From Bacilli bacterium (GTDB lineage Bacteria; Bacillota_I; Bacilli_A; RF39; UBA660), in the NCBI GenBank assembly GCA_017934595.1, contig JAGBJG010000002.1:68877-132876 (forward strand): a DNA stretch of 64,000 nucleotides, written 5' to 3'. Under the pieces are notes generated by a model, which ran no database searches, had not been told where the DNA came from, and saw only the letters and a program-made list of their open reading frames with translations. Positions 1 through 9,136 of this stretch are shown piece by piece (the stretch's first letter is position 1; each line of letters opens with the position of its first letter). Position numbers and translations under genes: made by a program.

Positions 1-292
1 GTTTAAATTTTTTTCTTTTTAAAAATTCTTCATTATTTAATATATGACTTACTATCTTTAAAAATTCTTCTTCATCTGATATACCATTATTATCATAGTC
101 CATTTTTGGTTTATATTTTGCTTTATATACCATATCTTTTCTGGCTATTTCACTAAAAGTCGGTCTCCATCCATAAAATTTATAAAAATATCTTTTTGGT
201 TTTGGAGATTTTATTTTTTTCCCATCTTCTATATTTATTTCTTTAATTAGTTTTCCATCATAATCTAAAAATTTTATATTATGTATTTTCAT
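1..292 (-). CDS. hypothetical protein, N-terminal part only (runs off the window start). Resembles a Listeria/Bacteroides-type (InlB B-repeat) domain
   Basis: Not in the ORF track because it is partial. Hand translation from ATG at 292-290 gives MKIHNIKFLDYDGKLIKEINIEDGKKIKSPKPKRYFYKFYGWRPTFSEIARKDMVYKAKYKP..., open to position 1. It is not MnmE, which usually follows jag. Confidence 0.35.
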   Translation of the reverse strand, partial: MKIHNIKFLDYDGKLIKEINIEDGKKIKSPKPKRYFYKFYGWRPTFSEIARKDMVYKAKYKPKMDYDNNGISDEEEFLKIVSHILNNEEFLKRKKFK

Positions 293-375
293 AGTCTCAT
301 CCCTTGCAAGCAAAATAATTATATCATTTTAATTATAATAAGTAAAATTAAAAATATTAAAGAAAAAGAAGATAA

Positions 376-984
376 TTATTTATCTTCTTCAACATACTTA
401 ATAACAATATGTCTATCTTTACCTTCGCCTATACTTTCAGTAGTAACGTTAGGTATTTGATCTACCATATTATGTATTTCTCTTCTTTCATATGAATTCA
501 TTGGTTCTAAAGCTACATCTACTTTAGTTTTTTGAACTTCATATGCTATTTTTTTAATTTCATATGCTTTTCTTCTTAAATTCTTTTCTTTATAATTAGC
601 CACATCTACATTTACTTTTATTGGAAAATGTAATTCGTTTTCTAATGATTTTCTAAGTAATGTTTGGATAGCTGCGATTGTTCTTCCATCTTTTCCAATT
701 AATATAGCATTATTATTTGAAACTAATTTAACACTATAACTTCCTTCATATTCTCTAATTTCAACATTAATATCAATATTCATATTTTCACTTAATGTAG
801 CAACATAATCTTTAATATAATGTTTAATATCAGCTTTATCAACTACTTCAATCTTACTTACTTCATCTTCTTCAGTAGTTCTATCAATAATTAATAAATA
901 TTCTTCATCTAGATTAAAATAATCTAATGCTTTATCAATAGCTTCTTCCTTTGTCTTTCCTTCAAATTTACTTATATTAAGCAT
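376..984 (-). CDS. jag: Jag/KhpB RNA-binding protein (KH + R3H domains)
   Basis: 202 aa. C-terminal R3H-like ERREIHNMV...GEGKDRHIVI. Conserved position downstream of yidC, with a 4-codon overlap. Confidence 0.85.
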   Translation of the reverse strand: MLNISKFEGKTKEEAIDKALDYFNLDEEYLLIIDRTTEEDEVSKIEVVDKADIKHYIKDYVATLSENMNIDINVEIREYEGSYSVKLVSNNNAILIGKDGRTIAAIQTLLRKSLENELHFPIKVNVDVANYKEKNLRRKAYEIKKIAYEVQKTKVDVALEPMNSYERREIHNMVDQIPNVTTESIGEGKDRHIVIKYVEEDK

Positions 985-1906
985 GCTTTGTACCTCTCTT
1001 TACTAATAAATTTTGTACTACAGTGAATCCACTGTTACAAATCCAATAAATTGCGATTGATGTAGATATTGTAAATGAAGCGATTGCAATCATACCAATA
1101 GACATGTTAGTCATCATCTTCATACTAAATCCATTTACATCTTCTGTTGTTGCAGTCTTATTTAATTTAAATGATAAATATGTCATTACTATAACTAATA
1201 CTATAACAATTATATAAAAGAAATTTCCTTTATACATACCATTTAATGGACTCATACCTAAATCTAAACCTAAGAATGTTCCTTCAAATACTAATGGTAA
1301 TCTATTCATTGCTTCATAGAACGCAAAGAATAATGGAATTTGTATTAAAGCAAATATACATCCACTCATTGGATTTATACCATATTTTTTATATACCATC
1401 ATTATTTCTTGTGAATGAGCCATTTGATCTTGTTGTGATGTCTTATTTGCGTATTTCTTTTCTATTTTATCAATTTCAGGTTTTGCCTTTGCCATCATTT
1501 CAGATTGCATAGCTGTTTTCTTAGTTACTGGATATAATATACCTCTTATTAATAAAGTAATTATTATAATAGCTAAACCGGCATTTTTAACTAAACTAGT
1601 TAATTTTATAATTATAAATGCTAATGGCTTAACAAAGATAGTTGTCCAAACACCTTCATAACCATTTGATGTTATTTTAAAATCATTACATGCAGGTACA
1701 TTATTTAAATCTATATTATTTTCATTATATAAATTTATTATGTTTTCCTTTGTTGGCTTACATAACATATTTGAAACTAATCTTTCACCAGTTTCATTAT
1801 CCATTACTACTTTTTTATCTTCTGTTTTAACATATTGAGTACATCCTGCAAGTGGTAAAACTAGAAACGCAAGTAATAGTACTAATATAATTTTCTTTTT
1901 TTTCAT
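977..1906 (-). CDS. yidC: membrane protein insertase YidC/OxaA, lipoprotein form
   Basis: Lipobox LPLAGC at the N-terminus and multiple TM segments. Sits in the rnpA-yidC-jag synteny. Confidence 0.9.
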   Translation of the reverse strand: MKKKKIILVLLLAFLVLPLAGCTQYVKTEDKKVVMDNETGERLVSNMLCKPTKENIINLYNENNIDLNNVPACNDFKITSNGYEGVWTTIFVKPLAFIIIKLTSLVKNAGLAIIIITLLIRGILYPVTKKTAMQSEMMAKAKPEIDKIEKKYANKTSQQDQMAHSQEIMMVYKKYGINPMSGCIFALIQIPLFFAFYEAMNRLPLVFEGTFLGLDLGMSPLNGMYKGNFFYIIVIVLVIVMTYLSFKLNKTATTEDVNGFSMKMMTNMSIGMIAIASFTISTSIAIYWICNSGFTVVQNLLVKRGTKHA

Positions 1907-2244
1907 TATTTATCCTCCTTAATTATATTTAAATTTTTAATAGCAATATTATAGTTATTTTCCATTTCTTCAAATGTTCTTTCTAATATTCCCTTGCCTA
2001 CTATTATAATACAATTAAAGCCATTTTTATAGTGTTTTTTGTCAATTATACTTTTTAATCTTCTTTTTACTTTATTTCTAGTAACAGCATTACCTATTTT
2101 TTTTCCAACAGATAAACCAAAATGATATTCTGAAGAATCATTATATTCTATATATATTATATAATCTTTAAATTTCGTTGGTTTTGTACTATGTATTATT
2201 CTATCAAAATCCGTACTTTTCTTTATAATATTATTTTTTTTCAT
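1906..2244 (-). CDS. rnpA: ribonuclease P protein component
   Basis: 112 aa and basic, with the motif GLSVGKKIGNAVTRNKVKRRLK. Lies between rpmH and yidC. Confidence 0.9.
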   Translation of the reverse strand: MKKNNIIKKSTDFDRIIHSTKPTKFKDYIIYIEYNDSSEYHFGLSVGKKIGNAVTRNKVKRRLKSIIDKKHYKNGFNCIIIVGKGILERTFEEMENNYNIAIKNLNIIKEDK

Positions 2245-2289
2245 ATAATCACCTATCTATAAAATAAAAAGCCACTGTGAAAAAAGTGA

Positions 2290-2412
2290 CTAACGTGATA
2301 ATACTTTACGGCCTTTTCTTCTACGACGAGCAACAACTCCTGATTTAATTCTAGCTAAAAAGCCCATTTTCTTACTTCTTCTATGATTATTAGGTTGATA
2401 AGTTCTTTTCAT
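2290..2412 (-). CDS. rpmH: 50S ribosomal protein L34
   Basis: [40 protein letters not shown] is canonical L34. The track ORF (to 2472) carries a spurious 20-aa N-terminal extension. Confidence 0.95.
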   Translation of the reverse strand: MKRTYQPNNHRRSKKMGFLARIKSGVVARRRRKGRKVLSR

Positions 2413-2472
2413 AATTGCACCTCCACTTGCTTTTGACCACTTAATTATATATATTTTTACCTGTTTTGTCAA

Positions 2473-2820
2473 TAATTAAGAGCGAAACTTTGACATTTGT
2501 GTAAAACTTTTTATATTTTTTATAAAATAACATATTTATACACATTTTTTTCCACAATTATAAGCCCTTATAAAATAAATATAAAAATAACTTTTCCACA
2601 ATAAATGGTTAATAACTTTTTCCCATGTTTATTATTTTTCTACATTTTTCCACATAGGATGTGTATATCTTTAAAAAATCTAATAATATTTACCGTTTGT
2701 AAAAAAAATAGTTGTGGAAAAAATAATGCCTTTTTTCGACAAATTGTTGAAAAGCCCTTTTATTTTTTGTAAAAATCTTTTATAATAGTATGTATCATGA
2801 AATGAAAGGTCGGTGTTATA
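2473..2820. promoter_or_regulatory. oriC left half: DnaA-box cluster between rpmH and dnaA
   Basis: TTTTCCACA at 2548-2556, 2592-2600 and 2646-2654. Its reverse complement TGTGGAAAA is at 2713-2721. TTATACACA is at 2536-2544. Each differs by 1 nt from the TTATCCACA consensus. Confidence 0.75.
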
Positions 2821-4206
2821 ATGAATTCTGAAAATTTAAATAATATATGGAATGAATTTTTAAATAAGATTCAAGAAAAATTACAACCCGTATCTTTTGA
2901 TATTTGGTTTAAAGATACTAAATTAATTGAATTAAATAATAACACGGCTAAAGTATTAGTTCAATCTGAAATATATAAAAAAGAAATGATGAGAAATTAT
3001 AATCAATTAATAGAAGAAATATTTACAGAAATAACTGGAACTAATTTTAAATTTGAATATGTAACGGAAAATGAAATAACTAATAATATATCACTTGATC
3101 CTGATAAAGTAGGGGTTCCAAGTAATGCTATATTTGAAACAAATTTAAATGAAAAATATACATTTGATAATTATATAACTGGACCTTCTAGTACTGATAA
3201 GAATACTTTTTCAAAAGCGATTGCTATTTCAGTAGCTGAAAATCCTGGACAAATGTATAATCCATTATATATATATGGTAAAAGTGGATTAGGTAAAACA
3301 CATTTGATGCATGCGATTGGTAATTATATAGTTGCGAATAGTAATAAAAAAGTATTATATGTATCTAGTGAAACATTTGTTGATGATTTCATGCAAATAT
3401 ATAGAAGAAAAAGTGATAGTAATTCATTTAATGATGATATATCTTTATTTAAGAAAAAATATAGAGATTTAGATGTATTAATTATAGATGATATTCAATA
3501 TTTAGAAGCGGTAGGGGGAATTCAACAAGAATTTTTCAATACTTTTAATGAATTACATGATAAAAATAAACAAATAGTATTAGCTAGTGATAGATCTCCA
3601 GATGATTTAAAAAAATTAGAAGATAGGATAAAAACAAGATTTAAGTGGGGTATGTTAATAAATATTTATCCACCAGATTTTGATGTAAGATTAGATATTA
3701 TTGATAAAAAGATAGAGGATTTTAATTTAAATGTTAATTATCCTAAAGATGTTAAAGAATATATTGCTAATAATTGTACTTCTGATGTCAGAAGTCTAGA
3801 ACAAGCTATTAAAAGAATATTTGCATATGCCACTATGATGGGTGGAGCTGAAATAACTTATGATCTTGCTAAAGAAGCATTAAAAGATATATTACCATCT
3901 AATATTATATCTAAAAATAAAATAGAATTATTACAAAATATAGTATGTAATATGTATAATATATCAATAGAGGATTTAAAAGGTAAAAAAAGAAATGCCG
4001 AAATTTCTTATCCTAGACAAATAGCTATGTTTATTGCAAGAAACTATATTAATGAATCATATCCTAAAATAGGTAGTGAATTTGGTGGTAAAGATCATAC
4101 TACAGTAATGCATTCCGTAAACAAAATTGAAAATGAAATTAAAACTAATAAAGATTTGGAAATACAAGTGGAAAAAATAATTAATAAATTAAATGTTAAT
4201 AATTAA
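2821..4206 (+). CDS. dnaA: chromosomal replication initiator DnaA
   Basis: 461 aa. Walker A GKSGLGKTHL, a sensor region and a C-terminal DNA-binding HTH (GGKDHTTVMHS). Confidence 0.98.
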   Translation: MNSENLNNIWNEFLNKIQEKLQPVSFDIWFKDTKLIELNNNTAKVLVQSEIYKKEMMRNYNQLIEEIFTEITGTNFKFEYVTENEITNNISLDPDKVGVPSNAIFETNLNEKYTFDNYITGPSSTDKNTFSKAIAISVAENPGQMYNPLYIYGKSGLGKTHLMHAIGNYIVANSNKKVLYVSSETFVDDFMQIYRRKSDSNSFNDDISLFKKKYRDLDVLIIDDIQYLEAVGGIQQEFFNTFNELHDKNKQIVLASDRSPDDLKKLEDRIKTRFKWGMLINIYPPDFDVRLDIIDKKIEDFNLNVNYPKDVKEYIANNCTSDVRSLEQAIKRIFAYATMMGGAEITYDLAKEALKDILPSNIISKNKIELLQNIVCNMYNISIEDLKGKKRNAEISYPRQIAMFIARNYINESYPKIGSEFGGKDHTTVMHSVNKIENEIKTNKDLEIQVEKIINKLNVNN

Positions 4207-4339
4207 TAATTTTTAACAACTTTTCCACAATAAAAAGACATGTTCGCGCTTTTAAAATAAAGGAAAATCAAAAGTTTTAAACATTTTCCACACATATAAT
4301 AAAAATAATAATTTATAATTATTAAATAGGAGGTTTTTT
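4207..4339. promoter_or_regulatory. oriC right half: two DnaA boxes plus an AT-rich candidate unwinding stretch
   Basis: TTTTCCACA at 4221-4229 and 4284-4292. They are followed by the almost pure A/T run ATATAATAAAAATAATAATTTATAATTATTAAAT before the dnaN RBS. Confidence 0.6.
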
Positions 4340-5461
4340 ATGAAATTAAAAATTAAACAAAATGTATTAATGAATTATTTAAATTATGCAATAAGAGGAG
4401 TATCAAGTAAAAACTTAATTCCTATACTTAATTGTATTAAATTTGAATTAACAAATGAAGGATTATATTTAATAAGTACAGATAATGAAATTTCTATTAA
4501 AACATTTATTTCATCTAATAAAATAGAAAAAATTGAAAGTTTAGGAGAAATAGTAGTATCTGGAAGATTTATATATGATATAGTTAAAAAATTACCAGGA
4601 GAAATTATTGATTTAGAAGAAGTAATGGATTCTAAATTATATATAACTACTAAAAATTCATCATTTACTTTAAATTGTAATGAAGTTAATGATTTTCCTA
4701 ATATTAAATTTGAAGAAGTAGAAGAACCAATTATTATAAATAATAAAATGATAAGAAATATTATAAATGAAACTATATTTGCCACTTCTACACAAGAATC
4801 TAGACCGGCATTAACAGGTTTAAATATGAAAATTGAAAATAATAAAATGGAATGTACTGCAACTGATTCATTTAGATTAGCTAAAAAAATGATTGAATTA
4901 GATAAAACTGTGGAAAATAATATAAATATAATTATTCCTACTAGAAGTTTAAATGAATTAATAAAAATGGTAGAAGATAATGATGAAAAAATAGAATTAC
5001 ATATATTTGAAAATAAAGTATTATTTAAGAGTGAAAATATTATGTTGATAAGTAGTTTAATAAATGGTACTTATCCAGATACATCTAAATTAATACCTGA
5101 AAGTTTTGAAACTATATTAAGTGTTAATTTAAATGATTATTTTAATGCTATTGATCGTGCTTCATTACTTACTAATGAATCTGATAAAAATACAATAGTA
5201 TTAGAAAGTAATAAAGATGAAGCTATTATTTCATCTAATATACCTGAGATAGGTAATGTTAAAGAAAATATTAAAATTAATAACTCTAAGAGTGAAGAAA
5301 TTAAAATTGCATTTTCATCTAAATATATGATGGATGCTATAAAAACATTTAATTCTGATGAAATAGAATTATGTTTCAATGGAGATATAAAACCTATCAT
5401 TATTAGAAGTAAAGAAGATAATAGTTTAATACAATTAATAGTTCCTATTAGGACTTATTAA
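4340..5461 (+). CDS. dnaN: DNA polymerase III beta sliding clamp
   Basis: 373 aa with three-domain clamp length. Position immediately after dnaA. Confidence 0.97.
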   Translation: MKLKIKQNVLMNYLNYAIRGVSSKNLIPILNCIKFELTNEGLYLISTDNEISIKTFISSNKIEKIESLGEIVVSGRFIYDIVKKLPGEIIDLEEVMDSKLYITTKNSSFTLNCNEVNDFPNIKFEEVEEPIIINNKMIRNIINETIFATSTQESRPALTGLNMKIENNKMECTATDSFRLAKKMIELDKTVENNINIIIPTRSLNELIKMVEDNDEKIELHIFENKVLFKSENIMLISSLINGTYPDTSKLIPESFETILSVNLNDYFNAIDRASLLTNESDKNTIVLESNKDEAIISSNIPEIGNVKENIKINNSKSEEIKIAFSSKYMMDAIKTFNSDEIELCFNGDIKPIIIRSKEDNSLIQLIVPIRTY

Positions 5462-5501
5462 TTATATTAATAAATGGTTATGATGTATAGAAAGGGAGAA
5501 T

Positions 5502-5957
5502 ATGAAAGAAGATTACGTCATTAATAATGAAACAGTAGTAGTGATGTCAGTTGGAAATTCATGTTGTAAAGTTTTTGAAAAAGATGAATCTTTTGAAGTT
5601 AATATGTCTTTAAAAGATATCCTAGAATTAAGTTGTAACTATTTTGGAAGTTCTTTTGAGGGAAGAATAGAAGGAAGCAAATACCATTTAGAATATAATT
5701 ATAAATTACCTATAATTATAGATGAAACTAGAAATATAATTGTTTTCCCTACAAAATCTTATAGAGATATAACAAATAGTATTATATGTGTTAATCAAAT
5801 ATTAGATTATGAGAAAAGAAATAATGATATATTATTATATTTAAAAAATGGTAAATGTATTGAAATAAACGATTCTTATGGTATGTTTGAAAATCAATAT
5901 TTGAAAGCTCAAAAGTTAAATATGAAGTTAGATAGAATAAAAAACACGTCTTTATGA
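5502..5957 (+). CDS. ComK-family protein (competence transcription factor-like)
   Basis: Motifs recalled from B. subtilis ComK are present. SCNYFGSSFEGRIEGS matches SCRFFGSSYAGRKAGT. KLPIIIDETRNIIVFPT matches KPPIMVDPSNQIFLFPT. SYGMFENQYLKAQKL matches SYNSFENQVYRTAWL. Confidence 0.7.
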   Translation: MKEDYVINNETVVVMSVGNSCCKVFEKDESFEVNMSLKDILELSCNYFGSSFEGRIEGSKYHLEYNYKLPIIIDETRNIIVFPTKSYRDITNSIICVNQILDYEKRNNDILLYLKNGKCIEINDSYGMFENQYLKAQKLNMKLDRIKNTSL

Positions 5958-5968
5958 GGTGTTTTTTT
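5942..5968 (+). terminator. rho-independent terminator after the ComK-like gene
   Basis: AAACAC...GTGTTT stem enclosing the stop codon, followed by a T7 run. Confidence 0.55.
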
Positions 5969-5995
5969 ATAATTTTGTTTAAAATAGGCTAATTT

Positions 5996-6006
5996 TGTGA
6001 TATAAT
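5996..6006 (+). promoter_or_regulatory. extended -10 promoter element (TGTGATATAAT) upstream of recF
   Basis: TGnTATAAT-type extended -10. The same TGTGATATAAT string recurs upstream of dnaX (12439) and the lipoprotein gene (29456). Confidence 0.45.
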
Positions 6007-6083
6007 TATATATAGGTATAGGTAACCGCGAAAACTATAAAAATTAAAATAAGGGCATTATAAATGAAATTAGAGGCAATGGT

Positions 6084-7193
6084 ATGTATGTAAAAAGTGT
6101 AAAAATTATAAATTTTAGAAATTATAAAGATGAAATTTTTAACTTTAATAAAAATATTAACATAATTTATGGAAATAATGCTCAAGGAAAAACAAATTTA
6201 TTAGAAAGTATTTATTTTTTAGCGTTAGGTAAGTCACATCGTTCATTAAATGATAAAGACTTAATTAAAAACGGAGAAAATGAATGCAAGGTTGCAGCTG
6301 ATACCATAATTAAAAATTTATCTACATCTATGGAAATAAAGATTATTAATAATCGTAAATTATATAAGATAGATAATAACAATATTAAATCTTTAAATGA
6401 ATATTTATCAAATTTAAAGGTTATAATATTTTTTCCAGAAGATTTAGATATTATTAAAACATCGCCAGATGTAAGAAGAAGATATTTAAATATTCAAATA
6501 AGTCAATTAAATAAAAATTATTTTAAAATATTAAATGAATATAATAAATTATTAAAAATAAGAAATGATTTATTAAAAAAATATTTGAAAGATGGATATT
6601 TAGATAATCAATATTTTGATATTATAACAAATTATTTAATTGAAAAGGCATGTTATATATATTGTATGAGAGATAAATATATAGAAAAGATAAATAAATT
6701 AATAGATAAATATTATGAATCTATTTCTACATATAAAAAATTACATATTAATTATATAACTAATGTAGATATTAGTAATTATGATAATGTTAAAAATAAT
6801 ATGGTGGAAAAGTTTAATAAATTAAAACAAGCTGAATTATCTAGTGGAATTACATTGATAGGTCCTCAAAAAGATGACTTTGAATTTATATTAGATGATA
6901 AGAATCTTAAAAATTATGGATCACAAGGTCAACAAAGAATGGCTGTATTAGCACTTAAACTTACAGAAATAGAAATATTTACAAAAGAAAGTGAAGATAC
7001 ACCAATATTACTATTAGATGATGTATTTAGTGAATTAGATGATTATAAGAAAAATAATTTATTAAATTTATTAGATGAAAATATTCAAACAATTATAACT
7101 ACAACAGATTTGAATAATATTGATAAAAAAATATTAGATAAAGCAAATCTGATTGAAATAGAAGATGGAAAGTGTATAACGAGAGGTGAATAA
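6084..7193 (+). CDS. recF: DNA replication and repair protein RecF
   Basis: N-terminal Walker [10 protein letters not shown], a signature SQGQQR and Walker B LLLDDV. Sits in the dnaN-recF-gyrB synteny. Confidence 0.95.
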   Translation: MYVKSVKIINFRNYKDEIFNFNKNINIIYGNNAQGKTNLLESIYFLALGKSHRSLNDKDLIKNGENECKVAADTIIKNLSTSMEIKIINNRKLYKIDNNNIKSLNEYLSNLKVIIFFPEDLDIIKTSPDVRRRYLNIQISQLNKNYFKILNEYNKLLKIRNDLLKKYLKDGYLDNQYFDIITNYLIEKACYIYCMRDKYIEKINKLIDKYYESISTYKKLHINYITNVDISNYDNVKNNMVEKFNKLKQAELSSGITLIGPQKDDFEFILDDKNLKNYGSQGQQRMAVLALKLTEIEIFTKESEDTPILLLDDVFSELDDYKKNNLLNLLDENIQTIITTTDLNNIDKKILDKANLIEIEDGKCITRGE

Positions 7194-7194
7194 A

Positions 7195-9126
7195 ATGGAA
7201 GAAAAAGTAGAACACTCATATGGAGCATCTGATATACAAGTATTAGAAGGATTAGAGGCAGTTAGAAAAAGACCTGGTATGTATATAGGCACAACTGATG
7301 TTAAAGGTCTTCATCATTTAGTATGGGAAATTGTTGATAATTCCATAGATGAAGCTTTAGCTGGATATTGTAAACATATTGAAATTGTTATTAATAAAGA
7401 TAATTCAATAACAGTTAAAGATGACGGTAGAGGTATTCCAGTTGATGTACATCCAAAAACTAAAATTTCCACAGTAGAAACAGTTTATACTGTATTACAT
7501 GCCGGTGGTAAATTTGGCGGTGGTGGATATAAAGTATCTGGTGGATTACATGGTGTAGGTGCATCTGTAGTTAATGCTTTATCTAAATGGGTAGATGTTA
7601 AAGTATATAAAAATGGAAAAGTATATTATGTTAGATTTGAAAATGGTGGACATACTGTTGAACCATTAAAAGTAATTGATGAATGTGAAGAAATAAGAAC
7701 AGGTACAACAGTTACATTTAAACCAGATCCAACAATATTTGATACTGATATATATGATTATGATACATTAAGAACTCGTGTTAGAGAATTAGCTTTCTTA
7801 AATAAAGGTTTATCTATTAATTTAAGAGATGATAGAAATGAAGAAGATACTACTGGTGAAACATTTATGTATGAAGGTGGTATTTCTGAATATGTAAAAT
7901 ATATTAATGAAAATAAGACACCTATATGCAATGATATTATTCATTTAGAAGGTGAAGAAGATAATATTATATTTGAAGTAGCATTACAATATACAACTGA
8001 TGAAAATACAAGAATTTATTCATTTGTTAATAATATTAATACTCATGATGGTGGTACTCATGAAGAAGGAGTTAGAAGAGCTTTAACAAGAATTATTAAT
8101 AGTTATGCTAAAAAAGCTAATATATTAAAAGAAAAAGATGAACCTTTAACTGGAGATGATGTTAAAGAAGGCTTAACAATGATAGTTTCATGTAAACATC
8201 CAAATCCACAATTTGAAGGTCAAACAAAGGGTAGATTAGGTAACTCTGAAGTTAGAAAAATTGCAGATAATGTATTTAGTGAAGGATTTGAAAGATTCTT
8301 AATGGAACATCCACAGGAAGCAAGAATTATTGTAGAAAAATCAATGTTAGCATCAAGAGCAAGAATAGCTGCTAAAAAAGCAAGAGAAGCAACAAGAAGA
8401 AAAAGTGATTTAGATATAGTTAACTTTGCTGGTAAATTATCTGATTGTAAAGAAAAAAATCCAGAAGTAGCAGAAATATTTATAGTCGAGGGTGATTCAG
8501 CTGGTGGCTCTGCTAAATTAGGTAGAAATTCATTAACTCAAGCAATATTACCTTTAAGAGGAAAAATATTAAATGTAGAAAAAGCTAGAATTGATAAAGC
8601 ATTATCTAACGAAGAAATTAGAACTATTATAACTGCTTTCGGTACAGGAATAGGACAAGAATTCGATATTAGTAAATTAAGATATCATAAAATAATAATC
8701 ATGACTGATGCCGATGTTGATGGTTCACATATTAGAGTTTTATTATTGACTTTATTCTATAGATTCTTTAGACCTATAGTAGAAGGTGGATATGTTTATG
8801 CAGCTCAACCTCCACTATATAGATTCCAATATGGTAAGTCTAGAAAATATGTCTTAGATGATGAAGAAAGAGATGCATACATGGCTTCATTACCTGATAA
8901 CGTTAAATCACGTGTTATAGTTACACGTATGAAAGGTTTAGGAGAAATGGATGCTGATGAATTAAATGAGACAACAATGGATATAGAAAAAAGAGTTTTA
9001 AGAAAGATAACAGTAGATGATTGTGTTGAAGCAGATAAGATGTTTGAACTTTTAATGGGTGAAGAAGTTGAACCTAGAAGACAATTCATCGAAGAAAATG
9101 CAGTATATGCTGATGTAGACATCTAG
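7195..9126 (+). CDS. gyrB: DNA gyrase subunit B
   Basis: GHKL ATPase, a Toprim EGDSAGG motif and [13 protein letters not shown] prefer ATG 7195 (RBS AGAGGTGA 7 nt upstream). The track start at 7186 is a GTG inside that RBS. Confidence 0.97.
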   Translation: MEEKVEHSYGASDIQVLEGLEAVRKRPGMYIGTTDVKGLHHLVWEIVDNSIDEALAGYCKHIEIVINKDNSITVKDDGRGIPVDVHPKTKISTVETVYTVLHAGGKFGGGGYKVSGGLHGVGASVVNALSKWVDVKVYKNGKVYYVRFENGGHTVEPLKVIDECEEIRTGTTVTFKPDPTIFDTDIYDYDTLRTRVRELAFLNKGLSINLRDDRNEEDTTGETFMYEGGISEYVKYINENKTPICNDIIHLEGEEDNIIFEVALQYTTDENTRIYSFVNNINTHDGGTHEEGVRRALTRIINSYAKKANILKEKDEPLTGDDVKEGLTMIVSCKHPNPQFEGQTKGRLGNSEVRKIADNVFSEGFERFLMEHPQEARIIVEKSMLASRARIAAKKAREATRRKSDLDIVNFAGKLSDCKEKNPEVAEIFIVEGDSAGGSAKLGRNSLTQAILPLRGKILNVEKARIDKALSNEEIRTIITAFGTGIGQEFDISKLRYHKIIIMTDADVDGSHIRVLLLTLFYRFFRPIVEGGYVYAAQPPLYRFQYGKSRKYVLDDEERDAYMASLPDNVKSRVIVTRMKGLGEMDADELNETTMDIEKRVLRKITVDDCVEADKMFELLMGEEVEPRRQFIEENAVYADVDI

Positions 9127-9136
9127 GAGGTATAGT

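Noticed and set aside
1246-1512. Antisense or shadow ORFs inside well-supported genes. They are 1246-1512, 4384-4785, 5137-5400, 8805-9122, 12421-12723, 13461-13754, 13881-14195, 14620-14997, 17289-17495, 19855-20097, 20453-20635, 20880-21182, 21833-22021, 22733-22972, 24330-24620, 27284-27547, 29939-30139, 30992-31264, 32350-32532, 35786-35980, 40957-41154, 42333-42518, 47021-47230, 48044-48274, 50003-50236, 50376-50726, 57856-58059, 58278-58505, 61762-61974 and 62027-62323
   Set aside because: Each is fully embedded opposite, or out of frame with, a conserved gene. Each has a low-complexity, Ser/Ile/Leu/Phe-rich composition typical of the reverse strand of AT-rich coding DNA. None has a convincing RBS.
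2413-2472. 20-aa N-terminal extension of rpmH in the track ORF
   Set aside because: L34 universally starts MKRTYQP. The internal ATG at 2412 is preceded by GGAGGTG at proper spacing.
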